A DNA stretch of 64,000 nucleotides from Eledone cirrhosa. Its lineage: Eukaryota. The notes below the pieces were generated by a model, which saw nothing but the letters and a program-made list of their open reading frames with translations, was not told the origin of the DNA and searched no databases. Shown here in pieces: positions 23,201-37,066 of this stretch. The translations under genes and the position numbers were made by a program. The stretch spans positions 20,026,001-20,090,000 of the forward strand of contig OZ024746.1 of NCBI GenBank assembly GCA_964016885.1, given 5' to 3'. Each line of letters opens with the position of its first letter. Position 1 is the stretch's first letter.

Positions 23201-26200
23201 TGGTGTGGTGTGCTGTAATGTAGTGTGGTGTGCTGTAATGTAATGTAGTGTGGTGTAATGTAGTGTGGTGTGGTGTAATGTAGTATGGTGTGATGTGGTG
23301 TGGTGTGGTGTGCTGTAATGTAGTGTGGTGTGGTGTAATGTAGTATGGTGTGATGTGGTGTGGTGTGGTGTAATGTAGTGTGGTGTGCTGTAATGTAATG
23401 TAGTGTGGTGTAATGTAGTGTGGTGTGGTGTAATGTAGTATGGTGTGGTGTAATGTAGTATGGTGTGATGTGGTGTGGTGTGATGTGGTGTGGTGTAATG
23501 TAGTGTGATGTGGTGTGGTGTTGTGTGATGTGGTGTGGTGTGGTGTGGTGTAATGTAGTGTGGTGTGGTGTAATGTAGTGTGGTGTGGTGTAATGTAGTA
23601 TGGTGTGATGTGGTGTGGTGTAATGTAGTGTGGTGTTGTGTGATGTGGTGTGGTGTGGTGTGGTGTGTTTTGGTGTGGTGTGGTTGGTGTGTTGTGGTGT
23701 GGTGTGGTGTGGTGTACTGTGGTATGATGTGGTCTAGTGTGGTGTGGTGTGGTGTAGTGTGGTGTGATCTAGTGTGGTGTAGTGTGGTGTGGTGTGGTGT
23801 AATGTAGTATGGTGTGATGTGGTGTGGTGTGCTGTAATGTAGTGTGGTGTGGTGTGGTGTGCTGTAATGTAGTGTGGTGTGCTGTAATGTAGTATGGTGT
23901 GATGTGGTGTGGTGTGGTGTAATGTAGTGTGGTGTGCTGTAATGTAATGTAGTGTGGTGTAATGTAGTGTGGTGTGGTGTAATGTAGTATGGTGTGGTGT
24001 AATGTAGTATGGTGTGATGTGGTGTGGTGTGATGTGGTGTGGTGTAATGTAGTGTGATGTGGTGTGGTGTTGTGTGATGTGGTGTGGTGTGGTGTGGTGT
24101 AATGTAGTGTGGTGTGGTGTAATGTAGTGTGATGTGGTGTAATGTAGTATGGTGTGATGTGGTGTGGTGTAATGTAGTGTGGTGTTGTGTGATGTGGTGT
24201 GGTGTGGTGTGGTGTGGTGTGTTTTGGTGTGGTGTGGTTGGTGTGTTGTGGTGTGGTGTGGTGTGGTGTACTGTGGTATGATGTGGTCTAGTGTGGTGTG
24301 GTGTGGTGTAGTGTGGTGTGATCTAGTGTGGTGTAGTGTGGTGTGGTGTGGTATGGTGTGGTGTGGTGAGATGTGATGTGGTGTGGTGTGGTGTGATGTG
24401 AGGTGGTGCGGTGTGCTGTGGTCGGGTCCTGTGTGGTGTAGTGTAGTGTGGTATGATGTGGTGTTGTGTAGTGTAGTGTGGTGTGGTGCAGTACGGTGCG
24501 GTCTGGTGTGTTGTGGTCTGGTGTGGTGTAGTGTGGTCTGGTGAAGTGCGATGCGGTGTGGTGTGGTGTAGTGTATCGTAGTGTGGTGTGGTGTGTTGTG
24601 GTGTGGTGTGGTGTGGTGTGGTGTGGTCCCGTGTGATGTAGTGCGGTGTGATCTAGTGTAGTGTGGTGTGGTGTAGTGTAGTGTAGTATGGTGTGGTGTG
24701 GTGTGTTGCAGTGTAGTATTGTGTGGTGTGCTGTGGTGGTGTGTGGACTAGGGCAGTGTGGTGTGGTGTGGTGTGGTGTGATGTGGTGTGGTGTGGTCTG
24801 GTGTGGTGTGATGTAGTGTGGTGATGTGTGATGTAGTGTGGTGTGGTGTAGTGTGATGTGGTGTGGTGTGATGTGATGCGGTGTAATGTAGTGTGGTGTA
24901 GTGTAGTGTAGTGTAGTGTAATGTGGTGTAGTGTAGTGTGGTGTAGTGTGGTGTGGTGTAGTGTGGTGTTGTGTAGTGTTGTGTGGTTTGGTGTAGTGTG
25001 GTGTAGTGTGGTGTAGTGTGGTGTGGTGTAGTGTTGTGTGGTGTAGTGTGGTGTGGTCTGGTGTAGTGTGGTGTAGTGTGGTGTGGTGTGGTGTAGTGTA
25101 GTGTGGGGTGGTGTGATGTGGTGTAGTGTTGTGTGGTGTAGTGTTGTGTGGTTTAGTGTGGTATGGTGTAGTGTGGTGTGGTGTGGTGTGCTATAGTGTG
25201 GTGTATTGTGGTATTGTGTGGTGTGGTGTGGTGTAGTGTTGTGTGGTGTAGAGTTGTGAGGTGTAGTGTGGTGTGGTGTAGTGTTGTGTGGTGTAGTGTT
25301 GTGTGGTATGGTGTCGTGTGGTGTGGTGTAGTCTGGTGTGGTGTGGAGTTGTGTGGTGTAGTGTGGCGTTGTGTAGTGTGGTGTGGTCTAGTGTTGTGTG
25401 GTGTGGTGTTGTGTTGTGTAGTGCAGTGTGGTGTGGTATAGTGTGGTGTGGTGTGGTGTGGTGTCGTGTGGTGTGGTGTAGTGAGGTGTAGGATAGTGTG
25501 GTGTAGTGTTGTGTGGTGTAGTGTTGTGTGATGTGGTGTAGTGTTGTGTGGTGTAGTGTTGTTGTGTGGTGTAGTGTTGTGTGGTGTGGAGTTGTGTGGT
25601 GTAGTGTGATGTGGTGTAGTGTGGTATGGTGTACTGTAGTGTGGTGTAGTGTGGTGTGGTGTAGTGTGGTGTGGTGTGGTGAGCTGTAGTGTGGCGTGGT
25701 GTAGTGTGGTGTGGTGTGCTGTAGTGTGGTGTATTGTGGTGTTGTGTTGTGTGGTGTGGTGAAGAGTTGTCTGGTGTAGTGTGGTGTGGTGTAGTGTTGT
25801 GTGGTGTAGTGTGGTATGGTGTAGTGTTGTGTGGTGTGGTGTCGTGTGGTGTGGTGTAGTGTAGCGTGGTGTAGTGTTGTGTGGTGTAGTGTGGCGTTGT
25901 GCTGTGTAGTGTGGTGTGGTGTACTGTGGTGTGGTGTAGTGTTGTGTGGTGTAGTGTTGTGTGGTGCAGTGTGGTGTGGTGTAGTGTGGTGTGGTGTAGT
26001 GTGGTGTGGTGTGGTGTGGTGTGGTGTGTGTGGTGTGGTGTAGTGTGGTGTGGTCCTGTGTGATGTAGTGCGGTGTGGTTTAGTGTAGTATGGTGTAGTG
26101 TAGTGTAGTATGGTGTGATGTTGGTGCTGTGGTGTGGTGTGCTGTGGTGGTGTGTGGTGTGGTGTGGTGTGGTGTGGTGTGGTGTGATGTGGTCTGGTGT

Positions 26201-27423
26201 GGTGTGGTCTGGTGTTGTGTAATGTAGTGTGGTGTAGTGTAGTGTAGTGTAGTGTAATGTAGTGTAGTGTAGTGTAGTGTAGTGTAGTGTAGTGTAGTGT
26301 AGTGTAGTGTAGTGTAGTGTAGTGTAGTGTAGTGTGGTGTGGTGTGATGTGGTGTGGTGTGGTGTAGTGTTGTGTAGTGTTGTGTAGTGTGGTTTGGTGT
26401 AGTGTGGTGTGGTGTGGTGTGCTGTAGTGTGGTGTATTGTGGTGTTTTGTTGTGTGGTGTGGTGTAGTGTAGAGTTGTGTGGTGCAGTGTGGTGTGGTGT
26501 AGTGTGGTGTGGTGTAGTGTGGTCTGGTGTAGTGTTGTGTGGTGTGGTGTGGTGTTGTGTGGTGTGGTGTGGAGTTGTGTGGTGTGTTGTAGTGTGGTGT
26601 AGAGTTGTGTGGTGTAGTGTGGTGTGGTGTAGTGTTGTGTGTTGTAGTGTGGTGTAGTGTGGTGTGGTGTGGTGTTGTGTGGTGTTGTGCTGTGTAGTGT
26701 AGTGTGGTGTTGTGTTGTGTTGTGTAGTGTGGTGTGGTGTGGTGTAGTGTAGTGTGGTGTAGTGTTGTGTGGTGTAGTGTTGTGTGGTGTAGTGTTGTGT
26801 GGTGTAGTGTTGTGTGGTGTGGAGCTGTGTGGTGTAGTGTGGTGTGGTGTAGTGTTGTGTGGTGTGCTGTAGTGTGGTGTATTGTGGTGTTGTGTGGTGT
26901 GGTGTAGTGTTGTGTGGTGTAGTGTTGTGTGGTGTAGTGTGGTGTGGTGTATTGTGTTGTGGTGTAGTGTGGTGTGGTGTGGTGTGGTGTGGTGTGGTGT
27001 GGTGTGGTGTAGTGTTGTGTGGAGTTGTGTGGTGTAGTGTGGCGTTGTGTTGTATAGTGTGGTGTACTGTGGTGTGGTGTACTGTGGTGTGGTGTAGTGT
27101 GGTGTAGTGTTGTGTGGTGTAGTGTGGTGTGATATGGTGTGGTGTGGTGTGTGTGGTGTGGGGTAGTGTGGTGTGGTGTAGTGTTGTGTGGTGTAGTGTG
27201 GTGTGACGTGGTGTAGTGTGGTGTAGTGTAGTGTGGTGTGGTGTATTGTAGTGTGATGTTGTGTGGTGTAGTGTTGTGTGGTGTAGTGTAGTGTGGTGTA
27301 GTGTGGTATTGTGTGGTGTAGTATGGTGTGGTGTGGTGTGGTGTGGTGTGGTGTAGTATGGTGTAGTGTGGTGTTGTGTGGTGTAGTATGGTGTGGTGTG
27401 GTGTGGTGTGGTGTGGTGTAGTA
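20243..27423. repeat. About 7.2-kb pentanucleotide satellite (TGTGG/TGTAG/TGTAA variants)
   Basis: Direct reading. The left half is dominated by the 20-mer TGGTGTGGTGTAATGTAGTG. Confidence 0.97.
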
Positions 27424-27960
27424 CATTGTTCGTAAGTCGGAAAGTCCTGTTTGGTTCTGTTGTTATGGTACTATCTGCTGCTGAATTGACTCCATTTAGA
27501 ATTTACACAAAACCCTTAATTAAATCTACCTTTCTTCTTCTTTGCCCTCTCCTTCTCCTTCTCCTTCTTCCACTTATACTTCCCCCTCTCCTCCTCTCGT
27601 ATGTATGTAAATGAGAGGTGCACCCCGGATCGTCCATCTGAGAGGTCATTAGCTCCGATTAAGTACTGAGCTGGTCTGTGATGACCCATTTAACCCACGC
27701 CAGTATCGAACAAGCAGACGTTTAATTATGATAATGATGATGATGATAATGATGATGATGATAATGATGATGATGATGATGATGATGATGTCGTTGATGG
27801 TGATGACGATGATGACGATAATAGTGATGATGATGATGAAAGTTATTAAGGCTATGGAATTCACGGAGGCAGTACTTAGTCTTTGCAGTTTAAATCAGAG
27901 GCAATTAAGCTATTGAGAGAATGCATATTAAGAATATTTAGAGGCTATTAATTTTCCAAA

Positions 27961-28071
27961 TAATTGTTTCTACTTTAGGCACAAGGCCAGCAATTACACA
28001 GTACATTACTGGTACTTTATTTTATCGACCCCGTAAGGATGAAAGGCAAAGTCAACCTCGGCGGGATTTGA
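27961..28071 (-). mobile_element. 5'-truncated SINE (short subfamily)
   Basis: GGCACAAGGCCAGCAATTACACAGTACATTACTGGTAC...GGATTTGAA. Confidence 0.8.
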
Positions 28072-28717
28072 ATGAAAGAAATATGCGCTCTGTAATTCAT
28101 ATTTCTGAAAATCATAATTGTTTTCAGTAAACGAAATATATTTTTACAGTACAAACACAAACGAACAAGAAAATATGTCGAGACTTCTTCTTCTAGAGTC
28201 ATCCGATTCCTTGAAGCGGTGGTGAGGCATTGACAAAGTCCTCGGTCTACTATAACAGCACCTAGATCCGTTCCTTTGAGGCCTGTATCCATCTCGATTA
28301 CATTGCCGGTTGTTGTTTTTTTTTAATCAGCTATCTTGGATTGAACAGATTTAGCATTTTGACTTAACCAGAAGTCTTCAATCTAGTCTCATGGCAACAC
28401 GGAATCTGACACTCAAGAGACAAAAAGAAAAGGAATTCTCAGCACTTTTTCAACGCTAGAATACGCTTCTGATAATGTTATGTTCTGCTGACCCGAAGCG
28501 TCTCTTTCAGCTTCTTTTTCTACTTCATTCTCTTTTGACTTTTAAAAACTTTCGGATAACTCCTTGTTATCAGTAGATAGTATCAGCAAAAGAAAGACCA
28601 ATGGAAACATTGTTTCCTTGGTCCGATCTGACGAGTTCCACCTCACTCGGTAAGTGAATGAGATCTGGAATTTTGTCGATTCGGATCTTTTTTTTAAATG
28701 AGCTCGTCTGACACTAA

Positions 28718-29161
28718 TGTAGGGAAACCTGTCCACGCCTCGAACCCTGGATGACACCTAAAGGTCAAATTCTAGGTCACCACCCTTTTGGCGTTAACAA
28801 GTTGATGCGTGGGCGATCCCTCGAGGCAGGGGACAGGAAGCTGGGGATATAAATAGCCGGTAGAAGAGAGAGAGAGAGAGAATTCAATCACGACGAGAAC
28901 TACTACCGCGGACTGCGACCACCAACAAACAGTATCTGATCGCTTGCTGTTTTCACATCAACAACAAAATAACATCGTCAACCTTTGCAACTCGTGGTAA
29001 CTTATTTGTTGTTCTTTTTGATTGAAGTGGAGTAAATATTATATCAAAAGTAATCTAGTTATTCAAGTTATCTAAACTTATATATACATACACACACACA
29101 ATAAATATCTTATACAAGCAAAACGAAACTTCCTCGTTTTTTCTAATATATATATTATACA
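28718..29161 (+). mobile_element. Possible solo LTR
   Basis: TGTA...TACA termini and internal TATAAATA near 28848 followed by an AG-rich tract. No clear TSD. Confidence 0.3.
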
Positions 29162-29374
29162 TATATATATCAAACTTTATAGTTAACGGACGACAAAAAA
29201 GAGTACTCAGTAGTGAAGTACGGTTTAAATATTCATTTAATATGGCTATTTAGTGAGTCTTGTTACTCTGGAGGTTCACCCGCGTACTCAAAGAATCATG
29301 CATATGACCTAGAATGCGTAAGTGAAACTTCAGTGTAACAAGATTCACGACTCACTACTTCGTAATTAAATTAA

Positions 29375-30150
<776 letters not shown>

Positions 30151-30278
30151 GCAGTAGCACAACAGTTAGTTCACCATACCGAGAACAATTGTTTCACCTT
30201 ATGTGCTACTACTTCTATCAAACTCGTCCCATGGACTGAGGGCTCTATCTCTACGGATATTACCTTCCAGTGTTCTAC

Positions 30279-30336
<58 letters not shown>

Positions 30337-30516
30337 GTATATATATAATATAAGATCAAAAGATGGTTAAAGGAGTTCCATGACCATCTTTTGATCTTAT
30401 ATTATGTATACTCCAGTCCTACAAACTGTAGAGTAATTCTTATCCGATATCTGCATTGCTTTATTGTACTACAATAAAACTCACCTCCTACATTATATAT
30501 ATATATATATATTAGC

Positions 30517-30551
30517 ATAGTAGTAGTAGTAGTGGTGGTGGTGGTGGTAGT

Positions 30552-30649
<98 letters not shown>

Positions 30650-30711
30650 CAGTGGTGGTAGTAGCAGCAGCAGTAGTAGTAATAGTAGTAGTAGTAGTAA
30701 TAGTAGCAGTG

Positions 30712-30798
<87 letters not shown>
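30517..30798. repeat. (GTA)n/(GCA)n/(GTG)n trinucleotide microsatellite
   Basis: Direct reading. Confidence 0.95.
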
Positions 30799-31613
30799 AA
30801 GGTCGATATGAACGTATTTACGTATTTTCTTTTTACGTATTTACGTATTTTCACATGACACACGCACACGCACACACGCATACATATACAGACACACCAC
30901 ATACACACACATACATACACAACATACATAAACACAGACAGACGCACACACACACACACACACACAATACACGTGTGCCCGTATATATATATGGGTGTGT
31001 ATATATATATGTGTGTGTATATATATATGTTTTTATATATATTTTCCCCAGCTGCGTTTGTCTGTTTCTCTGTTACTGCTTCCCCCCTCTCTCTCTGTTT
31101 CTCTCACCTTCTTTCGTCCCCTCTGTCAGTTACACTATCTCTCGACTGGCCTCTGCCTCGCACTTCCACTCACTCACTCTCTGCTTCTCCCCTTCTCACT
31201 TCCCCCTCGTTTGACTTGAAGTCCTTTCCTGCTCACACCTCACTCGCTTCGCACGGTCTGTTGTCTCTCGCCCATGAAATCCACACAGCTAAAGCTGATC
31301 GGACTCCCATGTGCTTGTGTTTTCCTATCTTTGCGTTGCTACCCTTCTGTGTTTGTTTACTTGTCTCGCTCGCTTTACGCGATTTACTTGTCCCAAAAGC
31401 TTTATTTAGCTATTGCTCGCACCAACTGGAGGTATATGATTTTTAAAGCGATGAAATACCAATGAAGGTTGGAAAATCACTGATGAAGGACTATTTTTAT
31501 CATATGTAACCCATGTGCAACCACGCAGAATTCTTTCTTCTCATGTTTATATATATATATAAACACCCAGACCGGTATTGCAATTATCTCTACTACTACT
31601 ACTACTGCTGCTG

Positions 31614-31650
<37 letters not shown>

Positions 31651-31674
31651 ACTAAGAGTTGTCCCATGCTGTTG

Positions 31675-31742
<68 letters not shown>

Positions 31743-32076
31743 ATCTATATCTATATATATATGTATATATGCATACAAACAAATGCCTATAATCACACAT
31801 ACACATATATACACTCACATACACACACACATATATAAATATATTTATATATATATACACACACATACATACGTACACATACATACATAAACACGCATAC
31901 ATACATATACACACTCATATATACATACATATATACATACACATATATGCATATATAAATATATATATATATATATACATACATATAAATACACGCACGT
32001 ATACAGATTATTCATTCTGACGACTGAAAGCAGATTTATTTGCTTTCAAGAAACCACTGGTAAATGAAATAATTAT

Positions 32077-32117
<41 letters not shown>

Positions 32118-32296
32118 AGGGGAGTTAAGCCTGTGTGCGTGTGCGCGCGCGCACGATGGTGAAACTCCAGAATAAACGAAAACTCAAATGGAGAATGTTT
32201 GGAAAGACCTGCCAACCTCTAAAAACCCAAACGGAGAGTACCATGGAAAAGGTGCCCCAAAACGGGGAGAATGAGGCAAAATGGGGAGATTTTAGA

Positions 32297-32485
32297 TAAT
32301 TGTTTCTATTTTAGGCACAAGGCCGCAATTATCCAGTACATTACTGGTACTTTATTTTATCGACCCCGTAAGGATGAAAGGCAAAGTTAACCTCGGCGGG
32401 ATTTGAACTCAGAATGGCAAGGGCCGTAACTCTATGCGTCAAAGCATGGTGTCCGACTCTCTACCGATACTGCCAATCCACCGCC
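32297..32485 (-). mobile_element. Full-length short-subfamily SINE with TSD
   Basis: A-box and B-box on the minus strand. Flanking direct repeat GATTTTAGATAAT at 32288-32300 and 32488-32500. Confidence 0.85.
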
Positions 32486-32609
32486 TGGATTTTAGATAAT
32501 GAAAGCTATACCCATTTTCACAAGAGAAGACATCTCTCACCCACCTCAATGTGGGTGGGAGATCTCCTCGTCGAACCAGGAGAGTTGACAGGTCTGCCAC
32601 AGTGCCGCT

Positions 32610-33240
32610 AATTAATTGAATTAGGAGGATGTGAGTTAGTTTGGTTTGTTCTTTCTTAGTAAACCCTACCAATTCCAGACTTTTATTGAAATCTGTAGTT
32701 CCATAGTCCTATGAACCAATGATAATTGGTATAAATATGAATATATAGTCAAGATAGGATACATTAGTTCGCCATATTTTTTCTTCAATCTTAGACAATA
32801 TATTTACATTGACCCAGCAGTTGGCCTCCTCAACAGAGCATCACTTTTATTCCCTGTCTTACAGAACTGTATTGGGTCTCTGGTGTTTACACCACTGGTT
32901 TGCTGTTTTTATTGGAATATTCCACCAGTAGTCTTGATTTTTAGAGATGTTAATATATTTAGTTATGAAGTGTTTCTGTCATGACCATCAAGGCAATCCT
33001 ACCTGAAAATGGCATCATAAATAGTTTTCATAGTTATGTCATATCCCATGGGAAGCTAGATTATTGCTGACATTTTTGGACAGCTGCAGATGATGTGAAT
33101 AATATCTTCCATATTGGTATAACATTGATATTTTATGTCAAGATATAGGCCCTCTGGAGGTATCTGTATCACTCTTATTCATCAGGTATTTACTAGCTTT
33201 CTCTTAGTCATACAATTTGATCATTTGGAATGACCTTATG
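32610..33240 (-). mobile_element. Decayed R4/Dong-like LINE fragment (RLE region)
   Basis: Frameshifted remnants YWWNIPIKTA..CKHQRP, FIPIIIGS and KSLELVGFTKKEQTKL. Confidence 0.55.
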
Positions 33241-33837
33241 CTGATACTTCTTCCCTATACACACACATATATATATATATGTGTGTGTGTATGTGTGTTT
33301 GTGTTTATATATATATATATATATATCAGAAAAAGAGAGAGGCGGATACTGTGCGAGAAAGGGGCGAGGGAGAAAAATACTCCCAAGACTCAACTCAAAA
33401 TACAAATGGATACAAATAGCATTATGTGCAATCGATGAAATGCGCAGCTCAGGAAATTGGTGTTATTACAAAACTACTAATCCCCAAAGTATTGTAAAAC
33501 ATTTACACTATTAAAACATTTATCATTATAATAAACCTCGGATTCAATGAAGTGAGTTTCTGAAGATTTGGGTTAATATCGTTATGTCATGTATGAAACA
33601 AAATAACGAACTCATCATGGCTTCTTCTTTCAGAAATTTAGAATAAACATAACTCAACATTCTATTGCACTGATTGACATCTGTCGATCTACGAGAGACG
33701 ATGGTGTAACGCTCAGCGATGCATTCATATGGACTTTCGCGAGTGACTGAACAGTCGAATATGTGAATGGCCGATAACAGTGAATGACCGATAACAACTT
33801 TTTTCTAACAAGCAAAAAAGGCAAATTGATTTCAATT

Positions 33838-35137
33838 TCTGATGTCTGATGTTTGATGTCTGACGTCTAATGTCTTGATGTCTGATGTCTGATTTTTAAT
33901 GTCTGGTGTTTGATGTCTGATATCTGATGTCTGATGTTTGATGTCTGATATCTAATGTTTGATGTCTGATGTCTGATGTTTGATGTTTGATGTTTGGTGT
34001 TTGATGTTTGATGTTTAAAGTTTGATGTTTGATGTCTGTCTGATTTCTGATATTTGATGTCTGGTGTCTGATGTCTGATGTCTGATGTTTGATGTTTGAT
34101 GTCTAAAGTTTGATGTTTGATGTCTGATGTTTGATGTATGATGTCTGATGTTTGACGTCTGATGTCTGATGTCTGATTTTGATGTTTGATGTTTGATTTC
34201 TAATATTTGATTTCTAATGTCTGAGGTCTGATGTCTGATGTCTAATGTCTGATGTTTGATGTCTGATGTCTGATGTCTGATGCTTGATGTCTGATGTCTG
34301 ATATCTGATTTCTAATGTCTGATGTTTGATGTCTGATATCTGATGTCTGATTTCTAATGTTTGATGTTTGATGTCTGATATCTGATGTCTGATGCTTGAT
34401 GTCTGATGTCTGATATCTGATTTCTAATGTCTGATGTTTGATGTCTGATATCTGATGTCTGATTTCTAATGTTTGATGTTTGATGTCTGATATCTGATGT
34501 CTGATGCTTGATGTCTGATGTCTGATATCTGATTTCTAATGTCTGATGCTTGATGTCTGATATCTGATGTTTGATTTCTAATGTTTGATGTCTGATGTTT
34601 GATGTTTGGTGTTTGATGTTTGATGTTTGATGTCTAAAGTTTGATGTTTGATGTCTGTCTGATTTCTGATGTTTGACGTCTGATGTCTGATGTTTGACGT
34701 CTGATGTCTGATGTTTAATGTCTGATGTTTGATGTCTGATGTCTGATGTCTGATGTCTGATTTCTGATTTCTAATGTCTGATGTCTGATGTTTGATGTCT
34801 GATGTTTGATGTCTGATGTTTGATGTTTGATGTCTGATGCCTGATGTTTGATGTCTGATGTCTGATGTCTGATGTTTAATGTCTGATTCCGATGTCTGAT
34901 ATCTGATGTCTGATGTCTGATGTTTAATGTCTGATTTCTAATGTCTGAGGTCTGATGTTTGATGTCTGATGTCTGATGTCTGATGTTTGATGTCTGATTT
35001 CTGATTTCTAATGTCTAATGTCTGATGTCTGATGTCCGATGTTTGATGTCTGATGTCTGATTTATGATGTCTGATTTCTGATTTCTAATGTCTGATTTCT
35101 AATGTCTGATGTCTGATGTCTGAGGTCTGCTGTCTGA
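33838..35137. repeat. About 1.3-kb heptanucleotide satellite (GATGTCT/GATGTTT)n
   Basis: Direct reading. Confidence 0.95.
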
Positions 35138-35229
35138 TGACCTTAAGAAAATTAATTAGACATGACAGCCACACTACCGAACTGAGACCTTATCGCCAAC
35201 AGAAACCAGAGTGAATTTTACTGCCGGCA

Positions 35230-35500
35230 TAATGGTGATTTGAATACGATCGCGAATACAAGCGGCCCAAATTGGGGTTCTTCCGAAGGGTCTTTGGGGG
35301 TAACGTTACTCGATAGAGTGCACAGCTCGGAGATCAGAGTGTCAATCCAAGTAGAGCCGCTACTTCTCCGAATTGAGGGATCACAGCTCCGATACTATGG
35401 GTAAATGGTTAGAATATTCCAGGAAAGAATCACTGGACACATTTTACGGGCAAAACCAACCGACAGGAGACCCAAGGATAGACCCTCCAGGTCCGAATAC
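35230..35500 (+). mobile_element. RTE-clade LINE fragment
   Basis: GCGAATACAAGCGGCC...GTAGAGCCGCTACTTCTCCGAATTGAG, homologous to the copies at 45720 and 59490. Confidence 0.7.
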
Positions 35501-35971
35501 AGTAGATTTCTTCCAGAGAAAGACAGAGAGTAAGAGAATGGACGCGAGAAAGATATATAAAGAAAGAATTGATCTCAGTACTAGAGTGATACGTTTTTAT
35601 TATCCTTGAATGGATAAAAGGCAAATTTGACTTCGACGGTCTTTGAACTGAGAGAGGTTGAGTCGGAACGAATACCATAAGGCATTCTATCCGACGTTCT
35701 AACGACTATTAGACGCCTTCTAAAAATGTATTATTTACAGTTAATTTGATATTCTATTTTAGTGTTGTTCTCTCTTTAAGTGTTGTAATTATCAAGTTAA
35801 TATGATAGGAGCGTATCTGGAAATAACATACATGTATTCAGAGTTGATTATGAAATATAGTTTGTTCAGCAGGAATCTCATAATCACATAGGGAATCTAA
35901 CAATTGATAATGTCATAGTATCAGAAGTGCATCATTAGATGACAGAAGAATTTCAATACGTTATCATAAGT

Positions 35972-36290
35972 GAAGGTGCCTGGCTGAGTGATTAGAGTGT
36001 CGGGTTCACAATCGTGAGGTTGGACCGGGTGATGCATTGTGTCATTGAGAAAGACACTTTATTTCACATTGCTTCAGTTCACTCAGATGTAAAAATGAAT
36101 TGCAACGTTTCTGGTGTCAAGGTATATTGGCCTTTGCCTTCTTTCCATTGGACCACATCAGTGACATGGAGAGAGGAGCTTGATATGCATGGGTGAATGC
36201 TGGTCGTCCACATAAGAAAAAAGCTTTCTCAGACTTTCTGCCTCGGAGGGGAATTTTCTAGGTGCAAAGCTCATGGTCGTTCGTTGAACC
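35972..36290 (+). mobile_element. Decayed tRNA-derived SINE (second family)
   Basis: A-box-like TGGCTGAGTGATTAG and core TTGAGAAAGACACTTTATTTCACATTGCTTCAGTTCACTCAG. Confidence 0.55.
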
Positions 36291-36629
36291 GAGTAGAGAC
36301 AAAAGAAAGATCAAGAATAGATTAGCTCAAACTGACTTTTAAAATGTTTAGATAGTTTTTCTGTTTCTAGACAGAATACTGATATGTGTATGCTGATTGA
36401 TCTTCAGTCTTATCTAATAAAACAAAAATCTAGGTCATTATTATGCTCTTCATAATCGTCAGAGTAGTGGTAACAACTTCACATGAAAAGACACCTTTGA
36501 AAATGTTCCCTTCAATGACACCTTGGCCTTTAGCGAGATATATGAGAAACGAGAAAAGGCCTATTGTTGATAGATATTGGCAAAATTACACAAACGTAAA
36601 TCCACACGCATACATAAACTTGCAAACAC

Positions 36630-36704
<75 letters not shown>

Positions 36705-36889
36705 ATTTGTATATAAAATAAAGCACATATAAATGTCCAAGAATGGGGAAAATCTAATATCCAGTCACATCTTTTTAGGCTCTAGTGTGTCCTTCGTGCA
36801 TTTATGACGGTAAAGTGTGATTTAAGGTAATTGGGGCTGTTATTTCTAGAGATTTGAATAACCATGTAGCAGCTTCCTGATTTAATACA

Positions 36890-37066
36890 AGAAACTCCAT
36901 TGTTTGGCACAAAAGGCTCTCTTGTTTGGCTCAATAAGTTTCCTTGCTTGGCTCAAGAAGTTCCCTTGCTTGGCTCAAAAAGTTCCCTTATTTGGCTCAA
37001 CAGGTTCCCTTGTTTGGTTCAGAGAGTTGCTTTGTTAGGCTCAAGAGGTTTCGGTGTTTGACTCAA
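36890..37066. repeat. Degenerate tandem repeat, unit about 21-22 bp (CTCAAGAAGTTCCCTTGTTTGG-like), about 8 copies
   Basis: Direct reading. Confidence 0.75.

Noticed and set aside
26080-27426. 448-aa His/Thr/Pro-rich ORF
   Set aside because: Translation of the pentamer satellite; the 5-bp periodicity is not codon-based.
35131-35165. CTGATGA-CCTTAA-GAAA-ATTAAT-TA at the end of the 7-mer satellite
   Set aside because: CTGATG derives from the satellite unit, and stems I and II do not pair in register.
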